Part shown: positions 55,811-64,000 of the stretch, in pieces | How positions within the stretch are numbered: the stretch's first letter is position 1 | Layout: every line of letters begins with the position of its first letter | Source of the DNA: Minisyncoccota bacterium | GTDB lineage: Bacteria; Patescibacteriota; Minisyncoccia; Phycocordibacterales; UBA5272 | Direction of reading: 5' to 3' | Length of the DNA stretch: 64,000 bases | Assembly (NCBI GenBank): GCA_041651055.1 | Contig: JBAZJW010000001.1 | Span: 306,661-370,660, forward strand | The notes under the pieces: model-generated | Told to the model about the DNA's origin: nothing | The model's input: only the letters and a program-made list of their open reading frames with translations | Database searches by the model: none | Translations under genes and position numbers: made by a program

Positions 55811-57211
55811 TTATCCGAGTTTCCCTTCAAAATAAGCCGAGAGTTCCGCTACAGGAATACGCACCTGCTCCATCGTATCTCTGTCTCGCACAGTCACCGC
55901 ATTATCTGTAAGCGTATCGAAGTCCACTGTCACGCAATACGGTGTGCCGATTTCATCCTGACGACGATAACGTTTACCGATTGACTGAGTTTCATCATAC
56001 GTAACTCTGGCAATTTTCTTTAAAGACTTTACCAGTTCCCGAGAAGGGGTAAGTAGCTCTTCTTTTTTAGAAAGAGGAAGTACGGCTATTTGGAATGGAG
56101 CGATCACAGGACTGAAGTGAAATACAGTACGAGTATCACCCTCGCCAACGGTTTCTTCGTCGTAGGCACTCGTAAGAATTGCCAGTATCGTTCTATCGAT
56201 ACCAAATGTTGGCTCAATAACATGAGGAATAAATTTCTCCCCTGTCTGATCATCTACATATGCTTGAGAAACACCACTGTACTTTTCGTGTTGCGTAAGG
56301 TCAAAATCTGTTCGGTAGGCAAGGCCGTATAATTCTTTTTGTCCAAAAGGAAAATCAAATTCAATGTCGATAGTACGCTTTGAATAGTGAGCAAGGTCAA
56401 CTCCAGCTTTTTCAATTTCATGAGTACCTTCTTTTTTAATACCAATATACTCTATCCAGGCATACATTTCCTTGCGCCACATTTCAAATAATTCTGCCCA
56501 GTCACCTTTGCGTGGGTCAAAGAAATATTCAAACTCCATAAGATTAAACTCACGAGAACGAAAAATAAAGTCTCTCGCAGCAATTTCATTTCTAAACGCT
56601 TTACCGATTTGAGCCAAACCAAAAGGAAGCTTAGGGTGAATACTATCTAAAACATTTTTGTAATTCGTAAACATTCCCTGTGCAAGCTCTCCTCGCAGAT
56701 ATCCCGTTGTGCTCGTCTCACTTGATGCCCCCATACGAACTGGAAAGAGAAGGTTAAAATTCTTTGCCTCACTGAATGGATTTCCATCTTTACTTTTAAT
56801 TCCTTTTTCTACAATAAGTGCAGTCATTTGGTCTGGCGTTAATCCTGCAGCTGAGATGCCAGCATCTTCCAAAACATGGTCAGTGCGGTATGTTTTTTTG
56901 GTAACACTGTCTTCAATAAGAGGGTCATGAAACCCTGCCAAGTGACCACTTGCTTCCCATATTTTCTCACTACTTATCTGTGCAGCATCGAGACCGTACA
57001 TGTCGTCTCTTTTGTTCACAAAAAAATCCCACCACGCATTTTCAAGTGCACGTTTCAAAAGGACACCTGTTGGCCCGTAGTCAAAGGTTCCTGCAAGCCC
57101 TCCATAGAGATCACTTCCTGGGAAAATAAATCCACGGCGTTTACAAAGCGATACGATCGCTTCCATTCGTGCTTGTGAGTCAGTTGTATTCATATCATTT
57201 GATTCTACCAC
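55811..57211 (-). CDS. glyQS: Glycine--tRNA ligase (alpha2 dimeric type).
   Basis: It has the GlyRS class II motifs (YGGLAGTFDYGPTGV, FDPLIED...) and is 466 aa long. Confidence 0.85.
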   Translation of the reverse strand: MVESNDMNTTDSQARMEAIVSLCKRRGFIFPGSDLYGGLAGTFDYGPTGVLLKRALENAWWDFFVNKRDDMYGLDAAQISSEKIWEASGHLAGFHDPLIEDSVTKKTYRTDHVLEDAGISAAGLTPDQMTALIVEKGIKSKDGNPFSEAKNFNLLFPVRMGASSETSTTGYLRGELAQGMFTNYKNVLDSIHPKLPFGLAQIGKAFRNEIAARDFIFRSREFNLMEFEYFFDPRKGDWAELFEMWRKEMYAWIEYIGIKKEGTHEIEKAGVDLAHYSKRTIDIEFDFPFGQKELYGLAYRTDFDLTQHEKYSGVSQAYVDDQTGEKFIPHVIEPTFGIDRTILAILTSAYDEETVGEGDTRTVFHFSPVIAPFQIAVLPLSKKEELLTPSRELVKSLKKIARVTYDETQSIGKRYRRQDEIGTPYCVTVDFDTLTDNAVTVRDRDTMEQVRIPVAELSAYFEGKLG

Positions 57212-57255
57212 AAAGTGTCGCTAGGCGTAAAAACAAGACCATTCCCACCACGTAA

Positions 57256-58221
57256 TCATTTGAGGTACGTCGCAAAAAAATCCTCCATCTTCTGATCCGT
57301 AAAATCATTCACACGCTTAACCACATCCATAGTGTGAGGCCATAAAGGAAGCCGGTAATAGGTCACAGGTACGCCCAAGGTATGAAGATATGCTTTCAAT
57401 ACATCTGATTGACTAAGAGGAACAAGCTCGTCAGATGTCCCATGAAAAATAAGTGTTGGGGGATCTTTTGAATCAAGGTATGTTATTGGTGAAGCCTCTT
57501 TGTAAAGTTCTGGAGAATCTTCGTATGGGTGACCAATGAACGACGTTACGAGCGAGTGATTTCTCATATAGCCTGTTGTGAGATCTGTCGGCCCATATAA
57601 ATCGACAACAGCTTTTATTGGATGAGAGACAGAACCGCCCCATCCATATGCCGCAAGAAGCGCGAGATGTGCTCCCGCTGAACCTCCGATAATTGCGATA
57701 TTATTTTTATCATACCCATACGTCTCACTGTGTGAAGACAGCCATGTCACTGCATCGTTAACATCTTCAATAGCTGCGGGATACGGAGTGTCAGCATCTA
57801 GTCTATACGAAATGGTCGCCGTGATATATCCTTTCTTGGCGAACGAAAGAAGGTACACCAAATAGTCCGATCTTTTGCCGCCACTCCATCCACCACCATG
57901 AACAAAAATCAAAAGCGGTGCCAGCTTGATGCTCTTTTTTTGTGGAATATACATGTCGAGCTGTAGCGACTGACCATTCACATTTTTATATTCAATATTC
58001 TTTATCTCCTTAATATCTGCGGGAATCTCTGGCGTTTTGTTTATTAAGGTTTCTAGTCCTACATCAATCGCCAGATATAATGGTGTGACAAAATGGTACC
58101 CAAGCGGAGGATCGTGAGGATGTAGAGCAGACCATGCTCGCGGAATAACCATCAGGAAGCAAATCAAGACAAGCACACATAACAAACCAAGAATGGTTCG
58201 TTTGAAAAGTTTTGATTTCAT
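57256..58221 (-). CDS. Secreted/membrane-anchored alpha/beta hydrolase (esterase/lipase family).
   Basis: It has an HGGGW oxyanion motif (IFVHGGGWSGG), a GGSAGAHLA nucleophile elbow and an N-terminal TM/signal region. Confidence 0.75.
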   Translation of the reverse strand: MKSKLFKRTILGLLCVLVLICFLMVIPRAWSALHPHDPPLGYHFVTPLYLAIDVGLETLINKTPEIPADIKEIKNIEYKNVNGQSLQLDMYIPQKKSIKLAPLLIFVHGGGWSGGKRSDYLVYLLSFAKKGYITATISYRLDADTPYPAAIEDVNDAVTWLSSHSETYGYDKNNIAIIGGSAGAHLALLAAYGWGGSVSHPIKAVVDLYGPTDLTTGYMRNHSLVTSFIGHPYEDSPELYKEASPITYLDSKDPPTLIFHGTSDELVPLSQSDVLKAYLHTLGVPVTYYRLPLWPHTMDVVKRVNDFTDQKMEDFFATYLK

Positions 58222-58279
58222 GAAAAGTTACGTATGTATTGTGTATAGTATTGCACCCCCCTAACCCCTAACAGGGGAC

Positions 58280-58534
58280 CTAGTACACGAAAAATCCTCC
58301 GAAAATACTATTGATAAGTGGAATAATTCCACCAACAGAAAATACAATAAATAATCCGATAAGTCCCCAGAACAAATGACTCTTACCATCATTCTTTTTC
58401 GTAGGATCATTCATATCGTAGATGAACTTCGCAGCACCATAGAGAAAGTATATAAAAGCACAGACAATAACAATTTGATACAGTGGCTGTACGAAGCCAA
58501 TGACGATATTTCTAAAAAGAGTTTCTCCGTTCAT
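58280..58534 (-). CDS. Small 2-TM protein, a VirB2/TrbC-like T4SS-pilin-type module (84 aa).
   Basis: It has two TM helices separated by a charged loop (DMNDPTKKNDGKSH) and shares the 2-TM module with the four downstream paralogues. Confidence 0.55.
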   Translation of the reverse strand: MNGETLFRNIVIGFVQPLYQIVIVCAFIYFLYGAAKFIYDMNDPTKKNDGKSHLFWGLIGLFIVFSVGGIIPLINSIFGGFFVY

Positions 58535-58544
58535 GGATATGAGT

Positions 58545-58744
58545 ATACCGCGTGCGACCCTAAATACAAACTTGTAAGTTTGTATTTAGGGTCGCACGAG
58601 TCGAAAGTCCGTAAAGTTTGTAAAGTCAAAAGGAAATACGGGTTCGTAATTTACTTTATGGACTTTTTACTTTATGGACTTTATAGACTAAAGTTTTTAT
58701 ACAAAAAATCCTGACATATAGTCAGGATTTTTTATATAAAAACT
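58545..58744. repeat. Hairpin- and repeat-dense intergenic block. It contains the perfect palindrome gtgcgaccctaaatacaaacttg/caagtttgtatttagggtcgcac, copies F1 (58602-58633, reverse) and F2 (58651-58690, forward) of the ACTTT-phased element, and the perfect hairpin aaaaaatcctgacata/tagtcaggatttttt.
   Basis: The palindromes were read directly from the sequence. Confidence 0.7.
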
Positions 58745-59308
58745 TTAGCAGGAGGTCTCCCCTGGCAAGCATGTCTTCGGTGCCATCCCTCCTTGATTGA
58801 TACCAAGAACAGATCCAGCAAACCCAATGATTCCCCACACAGATACCATTACGAAAAGTGCGAGCACGGAATACGCCATCCCTCTTAATGACTTCTGCTG
58901 CTCATCTGCACTATTTCTTCCTTTCCAAATGAATTCAATGAGAAACCAAAAGAATGCAAGCATCGCCATCCCAACCAAAAACGGAGCGAGGCGCTTTATG
59001 ATAAGTTGCGCAAGAGCAAGTAGACCAAGAACTCCGTTTGATCCACTCGTACCGCCGACATTTAACGTACCGTTGCCCACAGTAATAGGTACGCCACCTA
59101 TCGTCCCTCCTATTTGATACCCTCCTGTGTTTGCGTTATAGATGAGGCCCCCTCCATTTCCATTACTTACTTGTATGACACCTGTCTGGCCATTAACACC
59201 AACAGGAAGACCGTTTAAGGTGCCGTTCACTTGACCCACCTGAATCTGAGCAGATGTTAACGTACAGCTACTAAGGATGAGCACTGCACCAAGTAATAAT
59301 TTTTTCAT
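58745..59308 (-). CDS. Secreted pilin-like protein. It has a signal peptide, a Gly/Asn-rich region and a C-terminal VirB2/TrbC-like 2-TM module.
   Basis: The signal peptide is MKKLLLGAVLILSSCTLTSA. The module LLALAQLIIKRLAPFLVGMAMLAFFWFLIEFIW...SLRGMAYSVLALFVMVSVWGIIGFAGSVLGINQGG is nearly identical to that in 59440..59838. Confidence 0.6.
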   Translation of the reverse strand: MKKLLLGAVLILSSCTLTSAQIQVGQVNGTLNGLPVGVNGQTGVIQVSNGNGGGLIYNANTGGYQIGGTIGGVPITVGNGTLNVGGTSGSNGVLGLLALAQLIIKRLAPFLVGMAMLAFFWFLIEFIWKGRNSADEQQKSLRGMAYSVLALFVMVSVWGIIGFAGSVLGINQGGMAPKTCLPGETSC

Positions 59309-59373
59309 ATAGTAAAAGTATACCATAGGGTAGTTTTTAGTTTTTAGTTTTTAGTAGATGCAAATACATCAAT

Positions 59374-59431
59374 GCTTTATTTTTACATAAACAAAAAACC
59401 AAGTCGTACGACTTGGTTTTTTGTTTATGTA
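59374..59431. terminator. Long perfect palindrome, a terminator for the pilin-like gene 59440..59838.
   Basis: The palindrome is ttttacataaacaaaaaaccaagtcgta/tacgacttggttttttgtttatgtaaaa. Confidence 0.65.
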
Positions 59432-59439
59432 AAAAGCGT

Positions 59440-59838
59440 TTACGCTGCTGGAACCGGAACACCAGGAATCGGAACTGATCCACCTTGATTGATACCTACG
59501 AGTGACCCGAAGAATCCTACCAACCCCCAGATAGAAACCATTACGAAAAGTGCGAGCACAGAGTATGCCATTCCTCTGAGAGAGGTTGATTTGTTCTCAG
59601 CACTGTCAGCACCCAACCAAATGTACTTGATAAGGTACCAAAAGAATGCAAGAACAGCGAGACCTACAGCAAAAGGAACGAGACGTGTGACGATAGTCTG
59701 CGCAAGTGCAAGAAGAGAAAGAAGAGCACCTCCGTTCACAGCTCCTTGCTGTACTGAGTTACCGATAGTAATTGTTTGTGCAGATGCTGACATGATACTG
59801 CCAGCTGCGAGTGTGAATAATGTTAGTGCTTTTTTCAT
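59440..59838 (-). CDS. Secreted pilin-like protein with a signal peptide and a VirB2/TrbC-like 2-TM module (132 aa).
   Basis: The signal peptide is MKKALTLFTLAAGSIMSASA. The conserved module is LLSLLALAQTIVTRLVPFAVGLAVLAFFWYLIKYIW...SLRGMAYSVLALFVMVSIWGLVGFFGSLVGINQGG. Confidence 0.6.
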   Translation of the reverse strand: MKKALTLFTLAAGSIMSASAQTITIGNSVQQGAVNGGALLSLLALAQTIVTRLVPFAVGLAVLAFFWYLIKYIWLGADSAENKSTSLRGMAYSVLALFVMVSIWGLVGFFGSLVGINQGGSVPIPGVPVPAA

Positions 59839-59936
59839 ATGTTTTTATGTGTGTATGTTAAGTATAGCGTTCTTGTGATTCTTTGCAAGAATAGCTGGGG
59901 ATAGTAATGGTTAAGCAAACAAAGTAAGTCAATACT

Positions 59937-61163
59937 CTATATCATAATAATAGAAGGGTCAAGATAAACTCCATCTGTGGCTGGAGGTGTGGTTCCTCCT
60001 GCAGAAGTGTCTGCTGCAGGGTCAGAAACAGAAGAATTTATCTCTTGCATTTGCGCAGCTTCAGTCACACAGGTTCCATTTGAACCTACAACCATACCAA
60101 AATCACAACTAGCAGAAAAATCAGAAGAAGGGAGTGTTGGCCCTACTGTACCTGATGCAGGAGGTGTTACTCCTGTTGAAGCGGCACAAAGATCTTCCAG
60201 GCCGGGATTATTGGTTACACATTGAGCATATGTAACGGTTGCTGGTCCATTTCCAGTCATTGCAGCTTGAGCGGCTGTCTGACACGTGGCCATGTCCCCT
60301 CCTGTATTTGTCATGCAGTTTGTGTACACCGTATTAGTTAAATTTTCCTGAGCAGAGCCTATTCCTCCATAGGCTGCATATGCAGTCTGACACTCTGCGG
60401 AAGAGTTACCATTTGTGAGACATGAATTATAGGCCTGACTGGCTAGATTCTGTGCAGCAGAGCCCGTTCCTCCGGCCGATTGATACGCACTTTGACAGGA
60501 GGCATCTGTACCATTATTTCCAATACACGTATTATACGCAGATTGAGCTGCTGAAACAGTACCTCCGGCAGCAGGTACTACGGAAGAAGTTCCACCTGCG
60601 CAATTTTGCGAGACACATCTTCCTCCTGTGCCACATGTAGAGCCGTCAGCTTTTCCAGTACAAGCATTTGTTCCAGCCGCACTAGGGTTAACAAGAGCTC
60701 CTCCACTCGGAGCAATACCAGAACTTGCACCTCCGAAATCAAACGAAGGGATTTTGATTGTCGTCACATCAGAACCGCTAAAAAGAATTCCTTGTCCGAA
60801 TTTAATAATTCCATATACCGAGAACATGACAAAAAGTGCGAGCAATCCCCACCCCATGAATTGATTTCCAATTTTTACTTTATCAGCCTTTCCTTCACGT
60901 GCACCCCAAATGTACTGAACGATACCGAAGAAAAATACCACCAGTGCTGCTGCGAGAAGAAGTGTTCCCACAGCTTTCACCACCGTCGTCGTAAAGAGTG
61001 TAACAAGAACCGCGAATGTTCCGATACCTGTTGCGATATTTGTCACTGCGGCAGGAGTGGCTGCGGCGGCGCCAGTAACGTCCCCTGCGGCGGCAAAAAC
61101 AACAGATGGCACAGCTACTAAAAGAACACTAATAAGTACACGTGGGCTGAGAAGTTTTTTCAT
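59937..61163 (-). CDS. Pilin-like protein with a signal peptide, an N-proximal 2-TM module and a 280-aa Cys-rich repeat ectodomain.
   Basis: It has four repeats of about 30 aa with paired Cys (AQSAYNTCIGNNGTDASCQSAYQSAGGTGSA...). The module is LLLAAALVVFFFGIVQYIW...GWGLLALFVMFSVYGIIKFG. Confidence 0.55.
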   Translation of the reverse strand: MKKLLSPRVLISVLLVAVPSVVFAAAGDVTGAAAATPAAVTNIATGIGTFAVLVTLFTTTVVKAVGTLLLAAALVVFFFGIVQYIWGAREGKADKVKIGNQFMGWGLLALFVMFSVYGIIKFGQGILFSGSDVTTIKIPSFDFGGASSGIAPSGGALVNPSAAGTNACTGKADGSTCGTGGRCVSQNCAGGTSSVVPAAGGTVSAAQSAYNTCIGNNGTDASCQSAYQSAGGTGSAAQNLASQAYNSCLTNGNSSAECQTAYAAYGGIGSAQENLTNTVYTNCMTNTGGDMATCQTAAQAAMTGNGPATVTYAQCVTNNPGLEDLCAASTGVTPPASGTVGPTLPSSDFSASCDFGMVVGSNGTCVTEAAQMQEINSSVSDPAADTSAGGTTPPATDGVYLDPSIIMI

Positions 61164-61233
61164 AAATGTAATATCTATAAGTGTATACCATACTTCCTGT
61201 GCCGACTAGGGAGTTGTTCAGTATTTAAAAAAA

Positions 61234-62397
61234 CTAATTTGTGCAGGCACTGTTCGCATCTGGTGTGCCATCTCTCGTTATGTTATTTACTACATCAAAA
61301 CATCTTTGTTGAACAGTACTACGAGGGGTGGTTGAAGCAGTCGCTGGATTCACTGTGGCTGGTGTAACAACAACTGTTGGTGAACCTCCACTACTTTGAG
61401 GAGTAATAACAAAGTCTGCCTGAGAAGAAGAGCTCGGAACAGATGCTGTCGGAGTAACAGTTAAGGGAGCAACATATGAATCACTTCTACTCACACAACT
61501 TCCATCCAACCCTCTTTGTCCAGATAGTCCATTTTGTGTAGTACATACGGAGTTAGTGGTTCCTGCTGCAGGAACCACACGCCCATCTGGATTAATAGAT
61601 GTAGTAGAAGAGCCTACTGGTGCAGTAACAGTGCTAGCACTAGGCATGGTAGACGCCGGTGTAGTAACCGTAGAACTTCCAATAACTTGCAATGCGGTAT
61701 TTCTCACTGCGAAAACAAATCCTTGCACCATCACTACCGCAATTGTAATAATCGCTGCCAACAACGTGTACGAGTGCGCCTTTTTAAGTTCTTCAGGTTT
61801 ACCTTGCGCGTACACATATGCGAATCCTGAAAAAAGCCACATGCCGACAATGGATGGATATACGAACCACCTAATAATTATCCTGGCGAGACTAAGCAAT
61901 ACATCATAGAGATTATTCATTGTCGTAGGGTTCGGCAACAATGATCCGGTATCTGCATACGCGTGGGTAACAAATGCTTCAGAAAATAATTTTAAAATAA
62001 AATCTTGTACGCCAAATGATTTCAAAATAAAGGTAAGGGCTCCGGCGGCAATAGCGAAGACAACCACAAAACCAATAAGTGACTGAAAGGCTTCGTACCC
62101 TACTTTCTTAAGAGCCGCACCGCTAGGATCTTTACGAGCCCACACTATCATCACCATACGAACAACAAGAACAAGAACAACGAAAACTGATCCTATAACC
62201 GTGAAGAGTGAGAGCAGGCTCGAAACCATTGCTTTGAAGTTAGTAACATTACATTCTGTCTGTGCTGTCGCTCCACAGAGATCATTCCCAGAAATAGACT
62301 TCGTAGGATATGCAGATGTCTGTGCATACAGAGGTACAAAAGAAATTACTATGAAAAATGATGCGAGCAATGCAGTGAGGATGTATTTATTTTTCAT
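61234..62397 (-). CDS. Secreted membrane protein with two tandem 2-TM pilin-like modules (4 TM in all) and an S/T/P-rich C-terminal tail.
   Basis: It has a signal peptide plus four hydrophobic helices, then a TTPASTMPSASTVTAP...VVVTPATVNPATASTTP low-complexity tail with Cys pairs. Confidence 0.5.
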   Translation of the reverse strand: MKNKYILTALLASFFIVISFVPLYAQTSAYPTKSISGNDLCGATAQTECNVTNFKAMVSSLLSLFTVIGSVFVVLVLVVRMVMIVWARKDPSGAALKKVGYEAFQSLIGFVVVFAIAAGALTFILKSFGVQDFILKLFSEAFVTHAYADTGSLLPNPTTMNNLYDVLLSLARIIIRWFVYPSIVGMWLFSGFAYVYAQGKPEELKKAHSYTLLAAIITIAVVMVQGFVFAVRNTALQVIGSSTVTTPASTMPSASTVTAPVGSSTTSINPDGRVVPAAGTTNSVCTTQNGLSGQRGLDGSCVSRSDSYVAPLTVTPTASVPSSSSQADFVITPQSSGGSPTVVVTPATVNPATASTTPRSTVQQRCFDVVNNITRDGTPDANSACTN

Positions 62398-62450
62398 GGT
62401 TGTGGATAGTTAGGGGCTGGCAGTTAGGAGTTAGGAGAAGTCTCTACCAA

Positions 62451-63773
62451 TTATTGTGGAGTGTAGAGATCACGAAGGCGAGCAACAAAAGTATTCGCCG
62501 CATCCGTCACTCCTGCGCGCCCACTAATAACATCCGAAAGCATACTCATGACATATGCCGTGGATGCGTCCGAAAAGCTATCATACCATCCGCGCGCATT
62601 TAACATACTAAGAGAGATGACTGCATCGACACCGGGCACGCTTGCGTACGACCTGAGTGCTGGCACCGATCCTACTATTCCAGCAATGGTCGGAGATACA
62701 CCTCCGCCTGCGAATTGTGCTTCTACACTGAGCGCTGTTACCGGATTCTTCGAAGATTTAAGCGTAGCGATGCCGTACATTTTCATACCTGTCGCAAATG
62801 TACCATAACCACGTGTTTGTGGAAGGTATGTCATTTCGATATCTGCTTTTGGATTGCGTGCGCGCAGCGTGCCAAGCTCGCTCGCGTAGCCTACATACAT
62901 GGCCACCTTTTCTGCAACGAATTGATCGTCTGCATTTCCTGAAAATTGATTCCACGTATACGTACGTTGTGTAGGGTCTGCGAATTGTGTGAAGAATCTA
63001 ATCACTGTAGAAAGTGGGAACACGTCCCCTCCTTCTGTTGTCGGAGTGTTCGCTGCAATTTGAAGCGAGATAGCCCCTGCTTGGTCATAAAAGGCAAGCA
63101 CAGGCACTTGTCCAAGTTGCCAGATGATTGCCATGATAATATCTTTTGCATACGCGAGGTTCGGTGCACCGAGAGCAATACCTGATTCCAAGAATTGGCC
63201 CTGTGCATTAGCAGATGTAAGAGTTGGAACGACGTTTACCACTTCATCCCAATAGGTCGGAGGATTCGCAATGCCATGTTTTGAAAAAAGAGAACGATTA
63301 TAGAAAAGCACCATTGGATCCACTGACACGGGAAGCGCGAGTGCTCCGAGTGGTGTCCACATGACATTGGATCCATCTACGTACGTATCTTTAAAAGCCT
63401 TTTCACCGAGCGAGGCGAGAGGGAAAGGATATAGACGAGGAGACTGAGTGAGAATCATCTGATATGGTGCGAGAATCATATCCGGACCAGCTCCATTTGC
63501 AAGTGCTTCCAAAAGCGTTTGGTTGAATTTGTCTTCACGTATTTCTTTGTACACCACGCGATAGGTTTTTGCTTTTGGATTAAACTCCTGAACGACTTTG
63601 TTCATTTCTGGTTCTGGAAGAGTTCCCCAGAGAACTACCTCACCAGCTGCGGTTTGATCAGGATTTCCAAGAGGAATCTTTCCTGAGAAAATAAGAACAG
63701 CAAGTAGCGCGGCGAAAACGCCAGCCCCGAGAATTAATTTACGTAACATTACTACAGTATATAGGTTATACAA
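62451..63773 (-). CDS. ABC transporter substrate-binding protein, family 1 (sugar-binding-like), membrane anchored.
   Basis: It has an N-terminal TM helix, is about 440 aa long and has SBP_bac_1-like composition. There is no adjacent permease gene. Confidence 0.55.
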   Translation of the reverse strand: MYNLYTVVMLRKLILGAGVFAALLAVLIFSGKIPLGNPDQTAAGEVVLWGTLPEPEMNKVVQEFNPKAKTYRVVYKEIREDKFNQTLLEALANGAGPDMILAPYQMILTQSPRLYPFPLASLGEKAFKDTYVDGSNVMWTPLGALALPVSVDPMVLFYNRSLFSKHGIANPPTYWDEVVNVVPTLTSANAQGQFLESGIALGAPNLAYAKDIIMAIIWQLGQVPVLAFYDQAGAISLQIAANTPTTEGGDVFPLSTVIRFFTQFADPTQRTYTWNQFSGNADDQFVAEKVAMYVGYASELGTLRARNPKADIEMTYLPQTRGYGTFATGMKMYGIATLKSSKNPVTALSVEAQFAGGGVSPTIAGIVGSVPALRSYASVPGVDAVISLSMLNARGWYDSFSDASTAYVMSMLSDVISGRAGVTDAANTFVARLRDLYTPQ

Positions 63774-63903
63774 AACAAGAACTAGTGGATACGTATCCTT
63801 TACTCAAAATTTCTTTTTATTAAATGCTCTTAATTCCAAAGTTTCTTTTCTTTTTTCACGTAACCCCTAACTGTTAGCCCCTAACTGGGTCTAGGCCTGA
63901 ACT

Positions 63904-64000
63904 CTACGAAGAAATCGCGATGAACGCATAGTGGTATCCGCCGGCGGGGAGACGTTTTTGCATTCTGAAGCCATGCTTTTGCACGAGATCCTCGGCTTTT
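63904..64000 (-). CDS. 3' end of a minus-strand gene truncated by the window edge. The product is unknown.
   Basis: The frame reads ...KAEDLVQKHGFRMQKRLPAGGYHYAFIAISS and then a stop (the revcomp of cta 63904-63906). Confidence 0.3.
   Translation of the reverse strand, partial: KAEDLVQKHGFRMQKRLPAGGYHYAFIAISS

Noticed and set aside
48525-63900. Telomere-like CCCTAA/TTAGGG hexamer runs at 48525, 58255, 62405 and 63865.
   Set aside because: There are only 2-3 units each, embedded in terminator palindromes or leaders. They are part of the genome's leader repeat style rather than telomeric arrays.

Overview
This 64-kb window has low-to-moderate GC and is densely coding, mostly on the minus strand. 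It resembles a small, streamlined bacterial genome and may be Patescibacteria/CPR-like; that is an inference from gene content (split transketolase, orphan solute-binding proteins, many paralogous pilin-like genes, a giant surface protein, SD-poor leaders), not a database result.

The dominant feature is hidden from the ORF track. Positions 1..12432 carry one continuous minus-strand reading frame of at least 4,144 codons, truncated by the window edge. It encodes a secreted giant repeat protein with phage tail-fibre-like GN(V)GIGT(T/S)xP motifs, 9-residue T/N/S-rich periodicity and a short collagen-like stretch. Its DNA contains near-identical internal repeats.

The rest of the window is housekeeping: rnhB, dnaE, secG, an RNase J, a pseudouridine synthase, a clusterless HhH-GPD glycosylase, a ddl-like ATP-grasp ligase, nrdAB, uvrABC (UvrC lacks the C-terminal HhH domain), tgt (lacking the Zn-binding cysteines), malic enzyme, and a pentose-phosphate/glycolysis cluster (gap, rpiB, rpe, split transketolase, fba, PfkB kinase). 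Two features were missed by the ORF track. One is tRNA-Trp(CCA), whose last 15 nt plus 7 nt of trailer are duplicated 193 bp away inside a 470-bp hairpin- and repeat-rich non-coding stretch; this may be an integration or excision scar. The other is rpmG (L33). The right end of the window (58280..62397) carries five tandem, independently terminated paralogous genes for small secreted/membrane proteins built on a VirB2/TrbC-like 2-TM T4SS-pilin module, some with Cys-rich or S/T/P-rich ectodomains. The hunt also turned up a dispersed element immediately 3' of stop codons, several palindromic candidate regulatory sites, a candidate ncRNA and a GC-rich small ORF.
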